A stretch of 64,000 nt of DNA from Takakia lepidozioides (taxonomy: Eukaryota > Plantae > Bryophyta), in NCBI GenBank assembly GCA_030704615.1, contig CM060733.1, positions 37,944,001 to 38,008,000 on the forward strand, in the 5' to 3' direction. Position numbers and translations under genes: made by a program. Each line of letters opens with the position of its first letter. Position 1 is the first letter of the stretch. Of the stretch, positions 25,935 through 36,300 are shown in pieces. Under the pieces are notes generated by a model, which saw nothing but the letters and a program-made list of their open reading frames with translations, had not been told where the DNA came from and did not search any database.

Positions 25935-26658
25935 TGTCGCACACCTCGATTCGGTAAACTCCCCTTCAAGTCATAGTTACTCGCTTTGATGCGCGCGCCT
26001 GACTCCCAACCTGGCCGCCGGGCCAACTTGGAGTTTCGGCTGCTCACCGGGACATAACGGTCCCCTTCCGCTTCCCTCTAAACCCTCCACCTATTTGGGA
26101 CTAGGAGAATTCCCTTTGGTAGATGGCAGTCCGGAACAGCTCCCCACTCTTTGGTCGCTTTCCGGCTCGCTCGCTTACTCACTAGTTTTTGGTCACCAAC
26201 GGGCTTGCACCGTTCTCGGGGTTACTACTCCCTATATATACTTCTGTAGCTGTCCGCGGGGGTTTCATAACCAGCCATGCCATTTTATGGCGAACCACCA
26301 CGAAAACCCTCGACTCCCGGTGGTGAATCGCGGTGAGTCTTGGCCCACTCACCGCGGCCCCAATGGACCGTGATGAGTCCCAAGACTCCCCACGACTCCC
26401 ACCTCGAGGTCTCCACCCCATGGTGAGTCCTATGCCACCCCCACTAAGTCCCACTAAGCTACCACCACCCCTTGTGGAGCCACCTCCACCGCAACCCGGT
26501 GTGCGGGGCTCCACCTAGTGAGCGCCTCCGCCTCCTTGAGTGCCTTGGGCACTCAAGGGTGCTTCAGCCCCCCATACCTATCGCCGCCGCTGCCCCCACC
26601 ACAGGGGCAGCCCCTCATGTGTCCCGACCCCCTGCCCTCAAGGCAAAGGGCCGCGACA
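25935..26658 (-). repeat. 5' LTR
   Basis: TGTCGCACAC...CCGCGACA, adjacent to the PBS. Confidence 0.95.
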
Positions 26659-27963
26659 AACACCATTCGAAAGACAAAGACAAGCATGTTGCTGTGGAGG
26701 CAATGGTTTTGGATCCAGGAAACGACATCGCTAGGCTTCTTACAGCTATGCACGACGTGAACAAGTAAGTCATCCAGGAGATTTGATTCCCTCTGTAGTG
26801 TCTTGTTAATCCTCAAAAAACAGTGTTAAGGAATGCAATGTTTCCAATGTTTTTGCAGATCGACAGAGAAATCGCATGTGACAACAAGCTTGGTTCACAC
26901 ACTATTCCGAATTCAGAGGATTGGTCTGATGAAGCTGGATGATTTTTGGACAGTACTACCACCCAATATCATCAAGAAGTGCGAAACAGGAAGAGCTGCA
27001 GGCACTTGGTATTCTTTGACACGAGAGGCGTTTCTGGAGTACATGTATGCGGTAAGCCCGAGTCTGTAATCTGTTTACTTTTCGAATACATGTTTAGAGT
27101 CCCTTCGGAGCTAATCACTACTTGAATGAATGCAGCAAGAACTGGCAGAGGCAGCTGAGAAGGGAAAATCCGAATATTACTGCACTACACCAGAGGAACT
27201 AAGGACATCAAAGGGTGTGGAAGCTGCAATAAAGAAGGAGTTTGAGATGCGAAGAACCAAATTGATGTCAGCCTTCGGAAAGAAGCTTAGAATAGTAGAT
27301 CCTGGACTTGGTCCTGAGTTCCTTCAGCAGATCAAAACACACTATGACAAGCATGTGCATCCGGAGATGCAGCAGGAGAAATTGCACCGGCTGGCCATAT
27401 CGATGGTCGACCCACAAACAAAAATAAGGTGGCTGGAGATATGGAACTCAGATCAAACAGTAAAGGACTTGAATCAGTTCCCAAAGAGCACCATACAGCC
27501 TGGCACAAAGGTGGAAGGAATCAGTGATTTGGTGTTTGATAACTGGCTCCACAAGGCTACATTTTGGAGTCAGGTGTGTATTCGAACATGCTGTTTCTTC
27601 TCTTCAAGTATGTGATGTGTATCTTTTTTGCAATTCTGACAAATATACTATTTGCAGCTCGAAAAGTGCGCCGTCATTGTGCTGGATCAGACTTTGAAGG
27701 ACCTGAACATTGCGATTGTTTCCCCTCCCCAAATGTCATTGGAGGCATACATAAGGAAGTGGAGAGGTCTCACCTGGAGATACTGTTTTTCCGGGGAGTT
27801 CTCCAAAGATGGTAACATTTTACGGTCCAACGACTTTGACAGTCAGGTTGGAGGAGAGTGGGCCATGATGCGAGTTGTGTACAGGTGCAATGTCATACTT
27901 GAAACTCTACTGTTTTTTTGGGAAAAAATGTGGCTTCATATGGATTGCAATCTTAGATCCAGA

Positions 27964-28690
27964 TTGAATGTCGTTGACGACATTCACTTCTTTGTCTGAG
28001 TCATTTTTAAGCGAGTATATGAATTCACCTGGTTAGGATCTAAGGGTGCAATTATATTGTCCCTGATTAGAATTGATAATGTCCTTGAATGGCGTTGACG
28101 ACATTCACATACGGAGTTGTTGAGAGGTCCTCAAGGTTATTTAAATTTTTGTAATGTCCCTAGAGGTTTTAATGAGGGTTCCTCACTTCATTTTGCTGAA
28201 TGTCAATGCAGACATTCAGTTGTTCTGCATTGTTTTTTCCTCTTGCGATGAATATGGAGGCTTGATAAGCTCTGTTTTAAGAAATCCAAAGTGAATGTCG
28301 TTGGCGACATTCACAGCTGTGTCTGTATTATTCAAAAGCGACAAATTCAATTTTCATGGATTGGGGAGCTAAGTAATTGGTTTCTTTTTTGTATTTTTGT
28401 GAATGGCGTTGACGCCATTCACATACAGTGATGTTGTGAGGTCCTCAGTGATAGGTTCGTTATGAATGTCCATTGAGTTTTCCTGGATGGTTCCTTACTC
28501 AATTTTTTTATTTCCATCCTGTGATTTTGCTTCATTTCAGTAATAATTTGGCTTCATTCTTGAATGTCGTTGACGACATTCACTTCTATGTCTGTGTCAT
28601 TTCTAATCGATTATTTGCATTCACCTGGATTAGGATGTATTTACAGTGTCATGGAATGGAATGTTCTGAATGGCATTGACGACATTCATA
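27964..28690. repeat. Intronic array of seven 22-24-bp palindromes, GTGAATGTCGT-TG-ACGACATTCAC
   Basis: Copies at ~27965, 28086, 28196, 28291, 28399, 28561 and 28667, within a degenerate ~300-bp higher-order repeat. Confidence 0.85.
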
Positions 28691-31600
28691 TCTGGAGCAG
28701 TAGTGTGGTCCTGAAAGGTCCTTGGAGCAGTTGTCAGAGCCATTTCAATCCATGTTTTATTCTTTCTGTTCTACTTGCATCTTACTCACTGAGCGCTTTT
28801 GTGGGTTGGGATTCATCTCCTTTTTTCAGGTACACGAAATATGTGCTTATGGAAGGAAATCACCTGAGCGGAATTCCCGACTATCTTGACATGTGGTCGG
28901 ACCCTGCAAACGATCCAACCATGTATACTGCAGGGATATTGAAGGACTGGAGTCCTTCTCACTTCAGAGACTGTGGGTGGTACCTTGACTGCCCACCTGA
29001 GCACACGACCTTTCAAGAACAGCATATGAAATACTTGAACAATAACGCTGAGATGCTGGCGCCTTTGACTGACGAAGAGTATCAACGAAACATAGCAACC
29101 TTGGCTGCCAAGGAGCCTGATGCTCAGGGAACGCCGCAGAAGGGAAAGAAGGCGGGCCGCAAACCAAAAGACAAGGCTGTTGATGTCATAGCCATCTCAC
29201 CAGCAAAGCCAAAGGACAAAGACAAGTCCAAAGAGAAGGAAAAGGACAAGGGGAAGGAGAATGAAAAGGAGATGGAGAGTGGGCAGGACTTTACTGCTGG
29301 AAGATATACCCGCACTCTTCAGTGCGTGTTCGATGCCAAGCCACACCCTTCCCGTTCTGATTCAGCAGGAGAGATGAAAATTGTTAATGAGGGTTGGCTT
29401 TCGATGATGCAGAGTCGAAAGAGAGGATACACTGGGGTGCCATCCCCTACCTGGGACAATATAATCTCATTCCTCAATCTGGTGAGAATTCCAGTTTCTT
29501 TCCTTTTTCTCTGAATGTTTCGTTGGCAGTATTTCAGTCTCGTTCTTTGAAAACATTCTTGCCATCGTTCTTATAAAAAACATGTCTGTTGCAGGTGAGC
29601 ACAGGTCCCACCTTCGTGTGCAGTGTGCAGAAAACTTATGCGGCCGACATTGTCATTCTCGACATCCCGGATGGCCAGGCTGTGCCAGAAGTTCTTCCAA
29701 AGGGCAAGACGCCAGGCTGGAACAAATTCGAGGACAACTACTGGAGTTGGGTATTCGGGTTCTGTAACAATTTCCTCTCTGATGCAGGGACACTTCTGCT
29801 TTTTCAGTCATGTGACAATGATAGTCGTCGGGCATTGGCATCATACCTCAAGTCTTCAGGGTTTGAAGTTTTGCGCACATGAAATTGTGTGAACAGCCTC
29901 TACCTTGTGAAAGGGGGTTTCCCTGGTCAGCTGGTATGCCATCTGCCTTCTGCTTGTGCTTTGATCATGAGTTTCAATTTTCTCTGCAGCTCCACTCTAG
30001 TAGAATGTTTTATGATTGACACCGATCATCAACGATTCATGGTTTTTTTGTGTCAGAGTTCTGAATAGCCGATGTACACACTTCCACTTTAGATTGTGTT
30101 TACCACACTAACCTGCTATCTTTGGCAGACGAGGATGTTCGAGGCGATCTGCCTGCGGAGGATTCGCACATCAAAGACACCATCCTCCATCCGCAGCTTT
30201 GAGATTTCTGACCAGGGTTGTTTCGTCAACCCCCCCTATGAGCCCCATGTCGATGACATTTTGTACAACTTCATGCAGTCCAGTCAGACTCTGAAGAGAC
30301 CAGATGGCACTCCCTGGAGAGGTGCAAAGGAAAAGTCACCAGCATTCATGCAAATACTGCTGGAGTCATGCAGCCACCGCTCTGCACGGGTGGTCGATCT
30401 TTCTGTGTCCACAGGTTCGTTTTCTTCCTTCCGAATTGGTTTCCTTTCAACAATTTCATCTGCTTAAATCCCCTCCTCCAAACTGTTTATGTTCTCCTGT
30501 CTGGTGCAGGAGCAACTTACCACGCATGCAAGGCAGGCGGAAGAAGCCTTTTTGGCATGGAGGGTGATTCTGACCTCTACAACACCGTGCTCCTCCCCCT
30601 TTTGTCTGGCTCCACTTCAGGCACACAGACTGATCGGATTCAAATTCGAAATGATGACGATCCCGAAGATAAGCAGGTCGACAACGACTTTTCATGTGAG
30701 TAAGTGCTAAACCCTCTTTGGGAGTCATACTCAATTTCTCGATAACATCAAAGTTACAGTAATAACTTTTTCAGGCTGTCTTTCAGGAAAGCCAGCGGTG
30801 GATCTTCAGGAGATACAGTCATTTCTGGCGAGTCTGTTTTCGACAGCCCCCTTTCCAATTTTCTGCTCCCTGTTTATGCCGAAGCAATGGCACTTCACGC
30901 GGCCGAGTCCCTATCCCCTGACTTTTTAGTGGCCAGCCGTAGGTGTATCCAGCGTGGATCCGGTGTTCTAAAATACTTAGACTTAGATGCAGAGGAAGAG
31001 GGGATACATTGTACTGACTCTGAGTCAGACTGAACTGTATTCTTTTAATATTCATTTTCATATTATCTGGAAAACGTTGAATCCCCTTCCTCTACCGTAG
31101 TTGTTCCTTTAGAACAAATAATAATAACAGAATCAACTTTCGTTTAAATTGCTATATGTATGAATCCATCTCACAAACCTTCCTGACTCTTCTCATATCC
31201 ATTGTGCATTCATCTACACTGTATTCATGCGTGCTCCATTCATGAAAGCTTCCTTTGTACAACATCCATTGTACATTCATCCTCTGTACTCTTTAATCCA
31301 CCCCACAAACCTTCCACACTCATTTCATATACTTTGTGCATTCGTCAAAAGATTTGGTCATGCATCTTCCTGTCATGAATTTTTGTCATTGCTCAACATC
31401 CATTATACATTCATCCATTTTACTCTTATCCATCCGTCATTCATCCATCTACATACATTTTTCACACTCATCCATCTGTTTATCATCCAACTGTACATTC
31501 ATCCATCATTTATTCAATGCCTTTTATTATGTCGTCCAGCTTGTTTCCGCGGTAAAGGGTGCCAATCCGCGGGAATACACTCCACTTCTTTCTGGGTGCG

Positions 31601-31743
31601 TGGTGACTCGGCCTCCACGTGTGATGACGTGGACTGAGCCCCGTGACGTGGCATTTGCGCAAGGTGAGCTCACGCGCTCACGCGCTCACGCGCTCACGCG
31701 CTCACGTGACCAGGCTCACGCCTAGGCATCCCTGGTAAAGAAA

Positions 31744-33379
31744 ATGTTGTGCCTGATGAGGCTGATGTTTTGGGCATGGGTGTGTATGAGGGGGATTCTT
31801 GTGATGAGGGAGACTGGGATGATCTAGACGATGACAGTAACCAGGCAGATGAGCCTGTGGATTCCGATTTTGCTCCTTGTTTGGCCCAAAAACATGGGAG
31901 AGTAATGAGTATACTTTCTGTTATGATAGAGAGTTGTTTATGGGTCCTGAGACTGGGCCTGTCATGGGTGGCCTTGAACACCCGTCGATGTATTCCCTGT
32001 TTACCTTGTTTTGGTCGCTCTACCCTGGCAAGAATTTGCAGTGAGAGCAATAGTTATGTTGCGGAGACTATTGCCTCCGGGACTCATGGAGGACCAGCGT
32101 GGAGGCCACTGATTGTGCCCGAGCTGCAGGCGTGGTTTGGGATTTGCATGTTTATGGGCATCAAGAAACTATTCCACATTCGGGTCGCAAGTCTTCTTTG
32201 CCTGCCCTGTCATCAGGAAGGTAATGACGAGAGACCGATATGAAGCCATCTTACGCTGCTTGCACTTGGTGGGGAACGACACACTGGTCTCTGATCGAAG
32301 TGGTGAGCAATTCGATAAATTGGGCAAAGTACGATGGCTTTCGGAGGAGATTGCAAGGCAGTGCAAGTTGCATTGGAATTTGGGCAAGGTCTTGACAGTG
32401 GATGAGATCATGATAAGGCATAAGGGGAAGTATCGTGCTATCCGTCAATACATGCCCAAAAAACCAGTCAAGTGGGGCATCAAGGTATGGGCACTTGCTG
32501 ATGTTGTCACTAGCTATGTAAGCGATTTTGATGTGTACTATGGGAGAAATGGAGGGCCTCTTGGGATGAGAGAGAAGTCGGGGAAATGAGAGGGGTATGA
32601 TGTAGTAAACCGCCTGCTGTCAGGTTTGCATGGTAGGGGGCACGTCGTGGTGACTGACAACTACTTTATATCTCCCCAATTGCTGTATGACTTGGCCTTG
32701 AAAGGAACTTGGGCCACAGGGACAGTAAGGTTGAATAGGAAGGGCCTGCATCCTTCTTTGACCTGTCTGAAAAAGTCCAAAACGGCGAAATAAGGAGACA
32801 CCTGGTTCAGGTGGCTGCTTGTCTTTGGTGGGACAAGAAATGAGTATTCAATGGTGTCATCTTCTGCCAGGCCAGCCTCGGGGCCCAATTCACCTGTGAG
32901 CGTGAAGAGGTTTGTGGGGAATGCTAGGGTGTCCGTGCCCTCTGTGCCAATGCATGTTCAGTATCAAAGGTTCATGCGTGGTGTGGACGTGCAAGACCAG
33001 CTCTGAGGAGCTTAAGCTGAAAACCCACAAGTGGTGGCACAAGGTTTTCTTCTTTCTTTTGGATACCACTCTGGTCAATTACTACATTGTGCATCTATCG
33101 GCCATGAGGAGCATGGGCTGCCTAGCTATGTCCCATTTGGACTTTTGTTTGGCCATGGCTTACTCACTTACCCAAGGCACTTGGGCATCGTTGGAGACGA
33201 CCTCTGTCTTGGTGCCACAGATGAGGTCTGATTTGCACCAAACCATGTACTCTACCCTTCGGCATTTGTGTATCCAGGTCCATCACCGGACGCATCATTA
33301 CTGTCCGCAATGCTGGGACTCATTTATATGTCTCGGTGCATGTTGGAGGGAGGCTTATTGTATTCGGGGGGAAAGGTAG
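31744..33379 (+). pseudogene. piggyBac transposase (DDD catalytic triad), decayed; its acidic N-terminus is split off by the Mutator-like insertion
   Basis: MTRDRYEAILRCLHL, LTVDE (D at 32401), RQYMPKKPVKWGIKVW, VTDNYF (D at 32656), GTVRLNRKG, MRGVD (D at 32986), KWWHKVFFFLLD and a Cys-rich C-terminus YCPQC...CLGAC. Contains stops and frameshifts. Confidence 0.92.
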
Positions 33380-36300
33380 CCTGGCTTTCGTTGGGAGTGC
33401 ATGATCATAGGGGGGTTGTCTTTGCTGGGTTGTATGGGGTTGCGTTGCTGGGATTAGACAGGCTTTTCTGGTTCTTGATTTTGTATGGGAGTCCATGATC
33501 ATAGGGGGGAAGCATTGCTGGGTTGTCATGGGGTTTTGTTCTTGTTGTTTTGGTTGGGAGTCCATGATGACAGGGACATTCAGCGGAAGGGGTTTCTGGA
33601 TTTGGTTGGGTGGTTGCCGATTTTTGGGGGTCTCCAAGGGTTTGCTGCATTGTTGGGCAGTAGGGGCTGTCTGGCTGCTTTGGGGGGAAGGGGCTGTCTG
33701 CACATACGGGCAGATCAGGGGGTTCGAATCCCCCTCAGTTCTGGTTTTGGATGGTAATGATGTTGAGAGTGAGAGAGAGCTTGAAAGAGGACTCGAGAGA
33801 GACCTTGTCATGCTGTAGGGAAGTGAGGCAGTTGGCCAGGTTGGGTAGTCGCTGTGGTGACGGGCGACTCAGGGGCTGATCGTTTCGGTTTCCCTTTTCA
33901 CCCTTAGCGGGCCCTGCGTTTTTGCCTGACGTGGCCTGAAACAAAGTTGCCGGAGAACCCACCGGATCGACACCCAAATGCCTGAATTGACACTAGCCTG
34001 AAAATTGCCAAAATACCCCATCCACGAAGCAATTACTGTCTGAATCCATTAATTTTTTGTGGAGGTCCTTTACATTGGGGCGCAGCATCTACTGACAGTA
34101 GGAATCAAGATTCAAAACAGTTTTGCTGATCATTTTGAAGCATTGGGGTAAGTAGAGTAAGTGGGATCCGTTTTGACCCCCCCAAACTCACATACAAGCT
34201 ATATTTTGAGAATTTCGGTCTGAGATTTTGGGAGATGACCTGTTGTTTGCCCTTATTCAGATTCTGGAGGCCATTTCTTCAAGAAAAATTGAAAAATCGC
34301 CAAACATGCATGGTCAAAGCAATTTTTCCTCTCTTTTTTTGTTCATGGTTTCAACTTTGGGAATTTTCTTGTGTTATAATCTACTAAATGGAACGGTCAA
34401 AACTGCTGAAATTTCCTGAGGACCTTCATGTAGTTAGTGTTGTTGAGATGGAACGGTTCATCCAGCTGGATGTAAGGGGGTAGGAAGTTACAGCTCAGCA
34501 ATGCAGGGTATATACTCCTTTTTGGGAAAACTGCCAAAAGTTAGCTCGTCGTTTAAGGGTTAATAAAATTAAAGTTTATGCGGCTATTCACGTAAATAAA
34601 AATGAAAAAGACAAAGAAGTGTGTCTTTGTGCGGCGCAGGCGGGCGGCGAGCGGGCCGCGCGGCCGCTGCGGGCGGGGCACTTCTTTCCGAAAACATTTC
34701 TGCGATATAAATTTCGCCTATAATTCACGGGAACATCTTTGGGAACATAAGGTACATGGGAGCGTAGCGGGGGAGTGTAAAATAAATGGTAAATAAAAAA
34801 CTAAAAATCGGCCAAAAGGCGTCGGCGGGCAGACTTAATTCCAATCATTGGCCGCACGTTGCCCGCACCCGCTCCTTAAACGGGTGGCAGGGCCTGGCGC
34901 CGGGCGCCTGACAGCGTGGCCCTAATTTGGGGTGCGCAAACGTGAGCATATCATTGTGGCCGGCGCTCATCGCGCATTTCCTCTCAGAGACCGTTGCTCG
35001 GATCGCTTGCCGTCTCGTCGTTGCTAGATCGCACTGCTCTCGAGCTTTTTGGCGATGGTGGCAGAAGATGAAGTGAGGACACAGGTAAAGTGGGGAAGTT
35101 GGAAGCCTGCAGAAAGGTCCTGTGGTGTGAGTCGTCTGGTGCGAGACTTGACGAGGGTCTGCGAGATGAATATTAATGGTGCGAGTCAGTGGCCTTTATG
35201 GTGCTTGTGGCTGCTAACTTTAGCGTTTGTTTGCGGAAAGCCCTAATTTGGCATCCATTGAGGAGTGAGGGAGTTTTTGAACATGGTTGATATTCAAAAC
35301 AAGTGGGCCCAGGAAAATCTTACCTGAGGATTCCTCGGAAATACGAAGGAAGAGTCGATTGGGAAGCCCAAATTAAAAAAACATTGGAAACTACCTATGT
35401 AGAACCACTTTTTGACGAAGCTATGTAGCACATCTTACACGCTTCTGTGTCAGGGACTCATGAGAGTTTGTACAGCGACACAGACCCCAAGTCCAGAGCT
35501 TTGAAGACTGAACTGTTGAATATAAATGCTCTCAACACTGGGCAAACAACAGCATGTGACTGAGAGCAACAGCAACAGCAACCAGCAGACCCTGGGCCCT
35601 GGGGTCAATTGTAGGTGCTAGTTTATGACTGGGAAGTTGCTGCAGTCGTAGAACGTCAACGAGCCGGGCCTGGCATCCCTCCCAGTGCTATGTAATTATC
35701 GCCTAACAATATCTGCCCTTGCGTAAGCATGCCACGCATCTTCCTACTTCATCTTTGTGCAGGTTTTGCACAACATTCTGTATACAAGTTAGTTGCAGGC
35801 CGACATACGCATGTGCCTACATCTTCCAAGTTCCCACACAATAATTCAACTTCCCCGACATTTTGTGCACAATGCTAATCTGATGCACGATTTTCCGAAC
35901 GAAAATGGTTGCGCACATCTTGCTGACTCGAATTCTGAGTACCAATTTGAATCTCGCTAACCCATGTCCAAAGCTGTTGCAACTTCCCCTTGAAACCGTG
36001 GAAGTACCTCCAAGCAGAAGGTAATATCAAAAAGTGACTAACCTTTTCCCACCAACAGGGCCCTCATCAGCACTGGAGTCTGGAAGAGACAGGGAGCTGC
36101 ATGGTGGGTACAGGAGAGCAGGTGGTCCCTGGGTCCAATGCTCCCAAGCCTGGGGTGCACATTATTTGCGAGGTACACCCAGCCATGAATGGGAGCTACA
36201 TCTCCTTGCCAATTTGGTACAATAGCACTGACAAAAACTGCGCCGCGCCACAGGAAGGAAGCAGGAACCCTGACAGGTGAAAGAAGCACTAGATTATGCA

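Larger units (their letters stand above)
19691..26658 (-). mobile_element. Full-length young Ty3/gypsy chromovirus
   Basis: TSD AACAC (19686-19690 and 26659-26663). LTRs 19691-20412 and 25935-26658 differ by 2 substitutions and 2 one-base indels by eye. tRNA-iMet PBS TGGTATCAGAGC at 25921-25932 (-). PPT next to 20413. Confidence 0.97.
18431..30703 (+). pseudogene. Multi-exon ParB/Srx-like domain plus beta-class N4C/N6A DNA methyltransferase-like fusion gene (transposon cargo, interrupted by an LTR element)
   Basis: Approximate exons: 18431-18727, 19170-19690 joined to 26664-26764, 26859-27051, 27136-27573, 27658-27884, 28830-29481, 29595-29933, 30129-30414 and 30510-30703, with GT-AG borders. 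ParB-like FYVWDGNHR (DGNHR 19643-19657). MTase motif IV-like ADIVILDIPD (DIPD 29661-29672) followed by FLSDAGTLLLF, then motif X/I/II-like EKSPAFMQILLESCSHRSARVVDLSVSTG^ATYHACKAGGRSLFGMEGD. In-frame stops near 18503 and 29880. Confidence 0.75.
13457..31734. mobile_element. Mutator-like DNA transposon (~11.3 kb without the nested LTR element) carrying two divergent genes
   Basis: 9-bp TSD GTAAAGAAA (13448-13456 and 31735-31743). Long imperfect TIRs of ~200-240 bp start CAACGACGCAATGGCGTGAGC and CAGGGATGCCTAGGCGTGAGC and are rich in GCGTGAGC and TGACGTGGC motifs. A MULE-type transposase lies inside. Confidence 0.85.
11899..34559 (+). mobile_element. piggyBac DNA transposon (~4.4 kb once the nested insertion is removed)
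   Basis: TTAA at 11895-11898 and 34560-34563. TIRs CCCCTAAACGACGA and TCGTCGTTTAAGGG match 13/14. A piggyBac-type transposase lies inside. Confidence 0.9.

Noticed and set aside
27964-28690. CRISPR array
   Set aside because: The spacers are long, variable and related to each other (higher-order repeat). The array sits in a eukaryotic intron and there are no cas genes.
28564-28829. N-terminal part of the 316-aa ORF as coding sequence
   Set aside because: It overlaps the palindrome repeats and precedes a clear acceptor (TTTTTCAG at 28829), so it is intron read-through.
18431-30703. Bacterial or phage contamination as the source of the ParB-MTase
   Set aside because: The gene has multiple spliceosomal GT-AG introns, one of them inside motif I. 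It is also nested in eukaryotic transposons contiguous with plant genes.
31200-31520. His/Ile-rich ORFs 31227-31637 and 31336-31725
   Set aside because: Low-complexity CATT/CATCC sequence between the gene end and the TIR.
33320-33977. ORFs downstream of the piggyBac transposase
   Set aside because: They arise from short GGGAGTCCATGAT repeats and biased composition, with no protein motifs.
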